64,000 nt of DNA. It comes from an uncultured Aliarcobacter sp. Its GTDB lineage: Bacteria > Campylobacterota > Campylobacteria > Campylobacterales > Arcobacteraceae. Location: the NCBI GenBank assembly GCA_963677435.1, contig OY781945.1:1664001-1728000 (forward strand). The letters are read 5' to 3'. The notes under the pieces were generated by a model. It saw nothing but the letters and a program-made list of their open reading frames with translations. It was not told the origin of the DNA and searched no databases. Position numbers and translations under genes: made by a program. This document shows positions 45,886-54,568 of the stretch, in pieces (position 1 is the stretch's first letter; the number at the start of each line of letters is the position of its first letter).

Positions 45886-46509
45886 TTATTTGAATTTATC
45901 AAATATTCTTTTTTCTAATTCTTCAACAGTTTCAATGGCATCTTTTTCATGGTTTGAAAATCCCCAATTTACTAAAACTGAATCAACACCTGCTTTTGTG
46001 GCTGCCATTATGTCTTTGTGAGAATCTCCAATTAATTGGGCATTAAAATTTGAAATATTATGAATATCTAGAATTTTATGTACCATTTCTGGATGTGGTT
46101 TTGGATTTTTTACGCTGTCATAACCTAAAATAGTTTTGAAATTATGTCCAATTCCAACATGATTTAGCATTTTATGTGCATATTGTGAATTTGCATTTGT
46201 TGCAACTGCTAAAACAAAATCATTTTTCAAATCATCAATTAGCTTTGAAATTCCATCATAAAGGACTAAATCACTTAAACAATGTTTATTATAATACTCT
46301 TCAAAAAGTTTTGTTTGTTGTGGTGTAAACTCTTTTGTTCCATAAAAAAACTCAGCTGAATTTATCGATGGATCATTTACTTTTTCTAAAATATAGCTTT
46401 TTTCTAATTTCTCAAAACCTAGATTAACTCTCACATAATTTATAGTATTTGTTATAGCAAAACCGCTATCTATGAGTGTTCCATCCATATCAAACATTAT
46501 TAAACGCAT
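45886..46509 (-). CDS. HAD-family hydrolase (phosphoglycolate phosphatase-like)
   Basis: FDMDGTL.DS, VATN, KPHP and IGDS..D motifs. Confidence 0.9.
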   Translation of the reverse strand: MRLIMFDMDGTLIDSGFAITNTINYVRVNLGFEKLEKSYILEKVNDPSINSAEFFYGTKEFTPQQTKLFEEYYNKHCLSDLVLYDGISKLIDDLKNDFVLAVATNANSQYAHKMLNHVGIGHNFKTILGYDSVKNPKPHPEMVHKILDIHNISNFNAQLIGDSHKDIMAATKAGVDSVLVNWGFSNHEKDAIETVEELEKRIFDKFK

Positions 46510-46647
46510 AAATATTAATCCTTATTTTATATATTGATTTGTATTATATTATTTAAATTCTAAACTAAGATTAAAAAGATTAAAAAAAAGTAATTAAAGA
46601 GGATAAAATTTATCTTAATTTAATAATTGAATTGCTAGAATTTTATT

Positions 46648-46758
46648 TATAGGATATTTATATTAAATCCTCCTACTACTAAATACATTTATTTGGTATC
46701 CTATACATTGAAATAGATTTGAATCGGGCTTCGTACTTCCCATACGAAGCCTTTTTTT
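46648..46758 (+). ncRNA. Candidate small regulatory RNA, about 110 nt
   Basis: Extended -10 TGCTAGAAT (46633-46641), 9-bp stem TATAGGATA/TATCCTATA enclosing TCCTCCT, terminator GGCTTCGTA-CTTCCCA-TACGAAGCC-T7, no ORF. Confidence 0.6.
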
Positions 46759-46821
46759 ATGTTCAATAAACTGATATTTATATACTTATGATTATAATAA
46801 CGATTCTAATTTGGAGTTTCA

Positions 46822-47337
46822 ATGAAAAAAATCTTACCTTTTCTTACAATAGTTGTAATAATAGCAATAATAATTATAATATTTTTATCTATGTCAAATG
46901 CAAAACAAATGGTTGTTTTAAAAGAGGGCAATACAAGCCAAACACCACTTGAAATAATTCTTGGTAAATACCAAGATAGTGATTGCGGAATGACTATTGA
47001 TAAAATGGATTATGTCTCACAAGTCATAGCACCTGATGGAAAAACTTGGTTTTTCCATGATCATGGTGGAATGGCACATTGGTTAGAAGATAAACCTTTT
47101 AAAGATAGTGCAAAAGTTTGGGTTATGAGCAAAGATACAAAAAAATATATAGATGGAAGAAGTGCTTGGTATTCAAGAACTGAAACTACACCAATGGGTT
47201 ATGGCTTTGGAGCTTATGAAAATAAACAAGATGGATTTATTACTTTTGATGAAATGACTTTAAAAATGTTAAGAAATGAGAGTCTTAAAAATCCTTATAT
47301 TAAAAAAGAGTTGTTAGGAAATAATGGAAGCAATTAG
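46822..47337 (+). CDS. NosL-like membrane-anchored metal (copper)-binding protein
   Basis: D..CGM.I, F.D.G, A.Y...TPMGYG..A motifs; N-terminal TM helix. Confidence 0.7.
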   Translation: MKKILPFLTIVVIIAIIIIIFLSMSNAKQMVVLKEGNTSQTPLEIILGKYQDSDCGMTIDKMDYVSQVIAPDGKTWFFHDHGGMAHWLEDKPFKDSAKVWVMSKDTKKYIDGRSAWYSRTETTPMGYGFGAYENKQDGFITFDEMTLKMLRNESLKNPYIKKELLGNNGSN

Positions 47338-48034
47338 TATTATAACAATCATTTCAATAGCATTTCTAGGTTCTTTTGGGCATTGTGTTGGAATGTGTGG
47401 TGGAATTGTAATAGCCTACTCAAGTACAAAAATAAAAAGCGATTGGACAAAAAAAGTTCAAGCTCTTGCTCACTTACTTTATTCTTTTGGAAGAATTTCA
47501 ACTTATATGATACTTGGATCTTTGTTTGGTCTAGTTGGTGGAGTTGTATCTTTTGATAATACAACAAGTGGAATATTTCTATTATTTACTGGTTTTATGA
47601 TGATTTTAGTTGGACTTTCACTTCTTGGAAAAATCAAATTCTTAACTATTTTAGAACACACTTGTTCAAAATCACCACTTTATCAAAGTACATTTAAAGC
47701 TCTTTTAGGTTCTCAATCACTATTTAGTTTTTATCTTTTAGGAATGTTAAATGGTTTACTTCCTTGTGGTTTTGTATATGTTTTTGCAATCACAGCTGCT
47801 AGTACAGGAAGTGCCTTTTGGGGAGCTTTTGTAATGCTAATATTTGGTTTAAGTACAGTTCCAGCTCTTTTTTCTTTGGGATTTTTTGTAGGACTTTTCA
47901 AACAATCAAATCTTAGGGATTTATTTATAAAACTAGCTTCTATATTAGTAATAGCATTTGGATTTTACATGGGATATTTAGGATATGAATATTTAGTGGA
48001 TCCCACAAAATCAATTTTAAGTTGTCACATTTAA
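47324..48034 (+). CDS. DsbD_2/TauE-like (UreH-like) membrane protein
   Basis: S.GHCVGMCGG, Y..GR..TY, G.L.GLLPCG.VY and M..FGL.T.P motifs. Confidence 0.85.
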   Translation: MEAISIITIISIAFLGSFGHCVGMCGGIVIAYSSTKIKSDWTKKVQALAHLLYSFGRISTYMILGSLFGLVGGVVSFDNTTSGIFLLFTGFMMILVGLSLLGKIKFLTILEHTCSKSPLYQSTFKALLGSQSLFSFYLLGMLNGLLPCGFVYVFAITAASTGSAFWGAFVMLIFGLSTVPALFSLGFFVGLFKQSNLRDLFIKLASILVIAFGFYMGYLGYEYLVDPTKSILSCHI

Positions 48035-48071
48035 ATAAATCAAAAATTAAATTTTTAAGAAAGGAGAAATA

Positions 48072-48257
48072 ATGATTAATAAAACTAGAAGATACTTTAG
48101 TTTTTTTGGAATTTTAGCTGCAACTGTTAACAGAAAACTGCAATCTATTAACTGTACAATTCTTGCAATTTTAGTAAATACAATGCCAAAAATCAATAAA
48201 TTATTACTATTAAAACAATTAAAACCAATCAATTTATATTCAACAAATAACAAATAA
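48072..48257 (+). CDS. Small basic ORF (61 aa) upstream of the TonB receptor
   Basis: Strong AAAGGAG SD 6-7 nt before ATG; ends 25 nt before the receptor start; no recognisable domain. Confidence 0.45.
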   Translation: MINKTRRYFSFFGILAATVNRKLQSINCTILAILVNTMPKINKLLLLKQLKPINLYSTNNK

Positions 48258-48282
48258 ACATAAAAATTAGGAAAAATTAATA

Positions 48283-50115
48283 ATGCAAAAAAAAATAACT
48301 ACAAGCTTAGTTGCAAGCTTTCTTCTAGCAACAACAAACCTTTTTTCAGCCCAGAGTTTAGACACAATTACAGTTACAAGTGCTACAAAATCAACTCAAT
48401 CAATCAAAGATGTTACTTCAAATATTGATGTAATTACAAAAGAAGAGATAGAAGAGAAACATTATTCAAGTGTAGTTGAGGCTTTAAATACAATACCAGG
48501 TATTTCAATTACAAGTAATGGAAGTTTTGGAGCTTCTTCTTCTGTTTATATTAGAGGAAATGATTCAAAAAGAGTATTAGTATTAATTGATGGAATAAGA
48601 TATAACGATATTACAGGTACAAGTGGAGCTCCATTTGAACACTTAATGATGGATGATATTGAACAAATTGAAGTTGTTAAAGGTGCTCAAAGTGGTATTT
48701 GGGGTGCAGATGCAAGTGCTGGTGTAATTAATATTATCACAAAAACTGCAAAAACTGGTACACATGGTAATGCTAGTGTTGAATATGGTTCTTTTGATAC
48801 AAAAAAATATGGTATGAATTTATCTCATAAAACAGATAAATATTATTTAAAAGGGTCTGTATATAAAACTGATACGGATGGTTATTCATCTTTTGTTGCA
48901 AAAAGATCTTCCCCTAATTATGGTAAACGAGGACATAAATTAGGTTTAGAAGATGATGGATATAAAAATATAACAGCAAATTTAAAAGCTGGTTATAATT
49001 TTGATGATTCAAATAAAATTGATATTTCTCATACGATAATTGATGCTGATAATAATTTTGATGGAACAAGTGCTGATTCATTAAATACATCAAATACAAA
49101 AGATAAATTTTCTACAATTTCTTATGAAAATAAAAATGATTTTGCAACAACTGATGTTTATGTAAAAAGATCAAATTTTGATAGAGAATATCATTATCCT
49201 GCAATAAATTCAACTTCTTATTTTGACGGAACTGTAAATGAATATGGTTTAAAAACTGATATCCCATATTTAAATGATAAATCTTTTGTTTTATTAGGTG
49301 CTGATTATAAATCATTTGAACATAAAAATGATATTGAAGAAAAGTATAATAATAAAGCGGTGTTTCTAACAAATAGTAATAAATTTAATGATGATAAAAC
49401 TATATTAACAGAATCTATAAGGGTAGACCAATATGACAAGTTTGATAACAAAACAACAGGAAAAATTGGTATTAAACATAATATTTTAGAAGACTTAAGT
49501 GTGAGTTCAAATTATGGTACTTCATATAATGTACCAACCCTTTATAATTTATATTCAAACTATGGAAATAAAAACTTAACACCAGAAGATACAAAAAGTT
49601 ATGATTTACAATTAGCTTTTAGAGAGTTTTCAATTACTTATTTTCATACAATTATTAAAGATATGATTGATTTTGATACTTCAACTAGCAAATATGCCAA
49701 TATTGATGGAAAATCTACTCTAAAAGGTTATGAATTAGCCTATAAAAAAGATGTAACTGAAAATACATTATTAAATCTTAACTTTACACAATTAAGTGCT
49801 AAAGATGATGAAGATAAAGATTTAGCAAGACGGGCAAAAAGACAAATTGGCTTTGGTATTGATTACTATGGTATTAGTGACTTTAATTTTAATATTAATG
49901 GTCAATATATTGGAGATAGATATAATGGTGCAAATAGAACAGGAGCTGAAACTGGAAACTATACAATTTGGAATTCTGTAATAAATTATGATATAAACAA
50001 GACATTTAAAGCATATTTAAAAATTAATAATATTTTTGATAAATACTATCAAGTTGTTGATGGATATGCAACAGAAGAGAGAAGTGCTTATTTAGGATTA
50101 AAGGCTAGTTTCTAA
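48283..50115 (+). CDS. TonB-dependent receptor, BtuB-like
   Basis: Signal peptide, TonB box DTITVTS, plug IRG..SKRVLVLIDG, IEVVKG.QS..WGADA..GVINIIT, terminal Phe; adjacent Btu-type ABC system and cbiA. Confidence 0.85.
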   Translation: MQKKITTSLVASFLLATTNLFSAQSLDTITVTSATKSTQSIKDVTSNIDVITKEEIEEKHYSSVVEALNTIPGISITSNGSFGASSSVYIRGNDSKRVLVLIDGIRYNDITGTSGAPFEHLMMDDIEQIEVVKGAQSGIWGADASAGVINIITKTAKTGTHGNASVEYGSFDTKKYGMNLSHKTDKYYLKGSVYKTDTDGYSSFVAKRSSPNYGKRGHKLGLEDDGYKNITANLKAGYNFDDSNKIDISHTIIDADNNFDGTSADSLNTSNTKDKFSTISYENKNDFATTDVYVKRSNFDREYHYPAINSTSYFDGTVNEYGLKTDIPYLNDKSFVLLGADYKSFEHKNDIEEKYNNKAVFLTNSNKFNDDKTILTESIRVDQYDKFDNKTTGKIGIKHNILEDLSVSSNYGTSYNVPTLYNLYSNYGNKNLTPEDTKSYDLQLAFREFSITYFHTIIKDMIDFDTSTSKYANIDGKSTLKGYELAYKKDVTENTLLNLNFTQLSAKDDEDKDLARRAKRQIGFGIDYYGISDFNFNINGQYIGDRYNGANRTGAETGNYTIWNSVINYDINKTFKAYLKINNIFDKYYQVVDGYATEERSAYLGLKASF

Positions 50116-50116
50116 A

Positions 50117-50947
50117 ATGAAAATTTTTTTATTTATACTAATTTTTTGTATAAATTTATTAGGGGTTGAGAGAGTAGTAACTCTTTCTCCTTCAATAAAT
50201 GAGATTGTATTTGCTTTAGGTGTTGGAAAAGATGTAGTTGCAAATACAAATTATTGTGATTTTCCTGAAGAATCAAAAGCTATTCTAAAAATTGGTGGAT
50301 ATAACAACATCTCTTTAGAAAAAATACTTGAAACAAAACCAACTGTTGTTATTGGACAAGATTATGATGAAAAATTAAACTCTAATCTAAAAGCTTTAGG
50401 TATAAAAACTTTGATTTATAAAACAAATACAATCTCATCAATAAAAAATACGATTAATGAACTTGGGAACTTTTTTGATAAAAAAGAAAAAGCAAAAGAG
50501 TTAATATCAAATATAGATAATGCTTTAACATCTGTAAATTCAATAGTTGAAAATAAGAAGATTTTAATAGTTATAAGTCCTAAAAAATCCCTTTCAAATC
50601 AGATTTATATAACTGGTAATTTTTTATATTTTGAAGATATTATAAAACAAAGTGGTAATAAAAATGCCTATTCTTCAACAAATCCAGCCCAACCTGTTGT
50701 AAATACTGAAAAAGTTATTGGTATGAACCCTGATATTATAGTTCTTTTAACACCATTTTTAGATGGTAAAAAACAAGAACAACAAGAGATTATAAATGCT
50801 TGGAAACAATTACCAATAAATGCAGCAAAAGATGATAATATCTATACAGTAGATAAACTTTATGCAGGAATTCCAAGTCAAAGAGTAGAGTTTTTTATAA
50901 AAGATTTTAAAAAGATATTAGAAAATGTTAGAAATAAAAGATTATAA
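50117..50947 (+). CDS. Helical-backbone periplasmic binding protein (BtuF-like)
   Basis: RVVTLSPS.NEIVFALG...YCDFP, SLEKI...P and EKVI..NPD motifs. Confidence 0.85.
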   Translation: MKIFLFILIFCINLLGVERVVTLSPSINEIVFALGVGKDVVANTNYCDFPEESKAILKIGGYNNISLEKILETKPTVVIGQDYDEKLNSNLKALGIKTLIYKTNTISSIKNTINELGNFFDKKEKAKELISNIDNALTSVNSIVENKKILIVISPKKSLSNQIYITGNFLYFEDIIKQSGNKNAYSSTNPAQPVVNTEKVIGMNPDIIVLLTPFLDGKKQEQQEIINAWKQLPINAAKDDNIYTVDKLYAGIPSQRVEFFIKDFKKILENVRNKRL

Positions 50948-51623
50948 CAGTGCAATTTTGCATGAGATTTCTTTTTCATTAAAAGAAAAAGAAAACTTAA
51001 TAATATTAGGTGAAAATGGAGCGGGAAAATCAACCCTTGCCAAAGTTTTATCAAATCTTATTTCAAATGACAAAGTTAAACTTTTGGGTGAAAATATCTC
51101 AAAAATAAGTGATTTGAAAAGAACTCAACTAATAAATTATATACCTCCAAAACTCTCTATTTTTGATGAATATGTAACTTTGAGAGAATTTTTAGAACTC
51201 TCTTTTGTTAACAGTGTAAATAATGAAAAAATAGATGAAATAATCAAACTTCTAAATCTAAAAAAATTAGAACATAAATATTGTAAATCATTTAGTTCAG
51301 GTGAAAAACAACTTTTACTTCTTTCAAGCGCAATTATGCATAATGCCCAAATTACTATTTTTGATGAATTAACAGCAAATTTAGATATTAATAGATTAAA
51401 AGAGGTTTTTGATATTTTGAATTCGGATTTACTTAAACAAAAAATTGTAATTACCCATAATCTTGATTTAGCTTATGCTCTAAAATACAAAGTATTATTT
51501 TTAAGTGATGGAATAATTGAATTTTTTGGGGAACATGATGCGTTCTTTTCAAATGATAATCTAAAAAAAGTTTACAATAATACTATTTTGAAACTAGATA
51601 ATCATTTGGTGGTAAATTTATGA
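50925..51623 (+). CDS. ABC transporter ATP-binding protein (BtuD/FecE-like)
   Basis: GENGAGKST, FSSGEKQ, FDE and ITH motifs. Confidence 0.88.
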   Translation: MLEIKDYNSAILHEISFSLKEKENLIILGENGAGKSTLAKVLSNLISNDKVKLLGENISKISDLKRTQLINYIPPKLSIFDEYVTLREFLELSFVNSVNNEKIDEIIKLLNLKKLEHKYCKSFSSGEKQLLLLSSAIMHNAQITIFDELTANLDINRLKEVFDILNSDLLKQKIVITHNLDLAYALKYKVLFLSDGIIEFFGEHDAFFSNDNLKKVYNNTILKLDNHLVVNL

Positions 51624-52579
51624 AAATATTATTGTACATAATTAGTTTTATAATATTAGCAATTTCGCCATTTTTGGGAGAAATATCTATCTCTTTAAAA
51701 GATATTTTAGAGCCAACTTCAACAACATATACTATATTTTGGGATTTAAGAGTTTCAAGGGTAATTTTAGCTTTTTTTGTTGGTGGAATTTTAGCCTTAG
51801 GAGGTTTGATTTTTCAAATTATTTTCAAAAATCAACTAATAACTCCTTATACTTTAGGAATTGCAAGTGGAACTACACTTTTTACAGCTATTTCAATAGT
51901 ATTTTTTCCTGCACTTAATATGAGTATTTCTTCTGTTTTTGGCTCAATCATCACTATTTTGATTTTATATTTTATTTCAAAACAGATAAATAAAAGTGCA
52001 ATATCAGTCTCAACGAACTCTATTTTGCTTATTGGAATTGCTTTATCATATTTTTATAGTTCAGCTTTGATGTTGGTATTTTATATGAGTAATTTGCAAG
52101 AAAATTATTCAATAGTTAGATTTACCCTTGGAAGTTTAGATACTGTTGGTTTTACAAATGGTTTTATTGTTATGCTTGTGAGTGTTATTTTTTATTTTGT
52201 GGTAAGTTTTAATAAAGATAAAATCAAACTTTTACTTATTTGTAATGACACAGCATTTTTAAAAGGTCTAAATGTAAATAAAATTAGTTTACTTCTTTTA
52301 GTTGTTGTCTCTTTAAGTGTTGGAGTTTGTATTAGTTTTGTGGGACCCATAGGATTTATAGGACTTATAATTCCTCATATAATTAAACTAATTTATAAAC
52401 AAAGTGCTGATAAACTGTTTTTTCCTGTGTTTTTCTTTGGGGGAATATTTTTGGTGTTCTCAGATTTAATTTCAAGAAATTTAAACACAGATTCAAGTTT
52501 GCCAATAGGTGTAGTAACTGCGTTTATTGGAGCACCATTTTTTGTTTATTTATTGATCAGAAGAAATAAAAAAGTATAA
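51620..52579 (+). CDS. FecCD/BtuC-family ABC permease
   Basis: R..R...A, Q..FKN.L..PY.LG..SG, G.IGFIGLIIPH and LPIGVVTA.IGAPFF motifs. Confidence 0.9.
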   Translation: MKILLYIISFIILAISPFLGEISISLKDILEPTSTTYTIFWDLRVSRVILAFFVGGILALGGLIFQIIFKNQLITPYTLGIASGTTLFTAISIVFFPALNMSISSVFGSIITILILYFISKQINKSAISVSTNSILLIGIALSYFYSSALMLVFYMSNLQENYSIVRFTLGSLDTVGFTNGFIVMLVSVIFYFVVSFNKDKIKLLLICNDTAFLKGLNVNKISLLLLVVVSLSVGVCISFVGPIGFIGLIIPHIIKLIYKQSADKLFFPVFFFGGIFLVFSDLISRNLNTDSSLPIGVVTAFIGAPFFVYLLIRRNKKV

Positions 52580-52580
52580 A

Positions 52581-53072
52581 TTATTTATACTTTTTTGGAT
52601 ACTCAAAAGAGATTAATTTTGAGTTCTCTTTTGAAATATCACTCCAAGAATTAGTATTAAAATCTATTTCCACAATTGCACAAGTTGGAATATTTTCAAA
52701 TGATTCTTCGCATAAAGAGTTGGCTAAATCATAAAGTCCAGGATTATGTCCAACTAAAAACAAAATATCAAATTGTTCATCTACTTTATTTATAACTTTT
52801 TTTAAATTCAAATAGGGCGCTTCATAGATACTTTTATCATAAATAATTTCATTTTTATAATCTAGTTTTTTAAGTAAAAACTCCAAAGTAAGTTTTGTTC
52901 GAAGAGCTGGTGAGCTTATTATTAAATCAGGAATAATATTTTTCTCTTTTAAAAGTTTAGCCATAAAAGGTGCATCTTTTAAACCTCTATTGTTTAAACC
53001 TCTATCAAAATCATCAAGTAAAGCATTACTCCAATCAGATTTAGCGTGTCTTATTAAAAATAGTTTTTTCAT
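52581..53072 (-). CDS. sixA: SixA-like phosphohistidine phosphatase
   Basis: LIRHAKS, DFDR.L..RG, SSPA.R and LVGHNP motifs. Confidence 0.85.
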   Translation of the reverse strand: MKKLFLIRHAKSDWSNALLDDFDRGLNNRGLKDAPFMAKLLKEKNIIPDLIISSPALRTKLTLEFLLKKLDYKNEIIYDKSIYEAPYLNLKKVINKVDEQFDILFLVGHNPGLYDLANSLCEESFENIPTCAIVEIDFNTNSWSDISKENSKLISFEYPKKYK

Positions 53073-53186
53073 TTTATTTATTCCTTGTATGGTAATTATT
53101 TTACTACAGAACTTCTTAATTAAAATATTTACAGAAGTAAAACTAGGATAAAATCACAAAAATAAAATATCATAAAAGGATTCAAT

Positions 53187-54455
53187 ATAAAAGCTATATG
53201 TATAAGTGCAATCGCATCAAATCAAGGAAAAACAACTTTAACAACGGCACTTTTATATCATTATAAAAAGTCTGTTCGACCATTTAAAATTGGCCCTGAT
53301 TTCATAGATCCTCTTTTTCATCAAAAAATCTGCCAAACACCTAGTATAAATCTTGATACTTGTATTATGAATGAAGCCCAAGTTAAATGGCTTTTTAAGA
53401 AATATAGTGATAAAAATATCTCTATTCTTGAGGGTGTTATGGGATTTTATGATGGCATGGATAAAAATGCTTCTGCTTATGATGTAACAAAACTTTTAAA
53501 TATTCCCACAATTATCATTTTAGATGGAAAAGGTTCATATATTACTTTGAGTGCTGTGATAAAAGGTCTTAAAACTTATCAAGAGGGAAATACCATAAAA
53601 GCGGTAGTTTTTAATCATATTTCATCTCCTAGCCATTTTGAATTAATCAAAAATCAAGTGGAAAAAGATTTTGATGATGTTGTGGTTTTAGGTTGGATTC
53701 AAAACAAACTTGATACTTTAGATTCAACTCACCTTGGACTTGATTTAAAAGACAATAAAATAGAAAAACTTGAACTAATGTCAAAAGAGGTTCTAAAACA
53801 TATAGATTTAGAAAAATTAGAATCAATATCAAACTTTGAAGTCCAAAAAGTAGAAGATTATCCTTTTGAAAAAGTAGAAAAGTATAATAAACATATCGCT
53901 TTGGTAAATGATGATAATTTCTCTTTTTTATATCATGATAATTTTGAGTTTCTAAAAGAGAGTTTTTCAAAAGTAACTATTGTAAATGCAATTAATAACG
54001 AAGTTATCCCTTTGGATGCTGATATTGTTTTTATTGTTGGTGGATATATAGAAACTAAAGAGGCTTATGAAAAAATAGAGAATTCAAATGATTTTAAAAA
54101 CTCTTTATTAACTCATGCAAAAGAAAAAAAAGCAATATATGGCGAGTGTGCAGGATTGTTGTTTTTATCAAGTAGAGTCGATGATAGGAAAATGATGGGT
54201 TTATTGCCTTTAGATTTTACTCTAGGAAAAAGATTTTATCGAATGGGATATTATGAAAATGATTTTGGAATAACTGGGCATGCTTTTCATTATACAAGAT
54301 TAATTGATGAAGAAAAAGTAGGGGAGTATAAACTTTACAAAAAAAATAGCAGTGATGGAACTTATGCTGCTTTTAAAAATGATAATGTTTTTGGAACATA
54401 TTTACATACTATGCTAAGAAATAATTTTAATAAGATAAAAAAGTATTTATTATAA
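53187..54455 (+). CDS. cbiA: Cobyrinate a,c-diamide synthase (CbiA/CobB)
   Basis: The frame extends 60 codons above the ORF-track ATG to include SNQGKTT and PFKIGPDFIDP; also EGVMGFYDG, HLGL, YGECAG and GTYLH; apparent start is ATA at 53187 after AAGGA. Confidence 0.85.
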   Translation: MKAICISAIASNQGKTTLTTALLYHYKKSVRPFKIGPDFIDPLFHQKICQTPSINLDTCIMNEAQVKWLFKKYSDKNISILEGVMGFYDGMDKNASAYDVTKLLNIPTIIILDGKGSYITLSAVIKGLKTYQEGNTIKAVVFNHISSPSHFELIKNQVEKDFDDVVVLGWIQNKLDTLDSTHLGLDLKDNKIEKLELMSKEVLKHIDLEKLESISNFEVQKVEDYPFEKVEKYNKHIALVNDDNFSFLYHDNFEFLKESFSKVTIVNAINNEVIPLDADIVFIVGGYIETKEAYEKIENSNDFKNSLLTHAKEKKAIYGECAGLLFLSSRVDDRKMMGLLPLDFTLGKRFYRMGYYENDFGITGHAFHYTRLIDEEKVGEYKLYKKNSSDGTYAAFKNDNVFGTYLHTMLRNNFNKIKKYLL

Positions 54456-54568
54456 TCTAAAATTGCATTTAGAATAAAATGTAAATAGTGATTAGGTAAA
54501 ATCGTTATTTTTTATTCAAGTAAAAAATTATCTTTAAATAAAACTATGTAATAATACTCACTTTTAAA

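Noticed and set aside
46640..46680. Minus-strand AGGAGG as the SD of a type I toxin peptide
   Set aside because: No ATG, GTG or TTG at a suitable distance, and the nearest ATA frame closes after four codons
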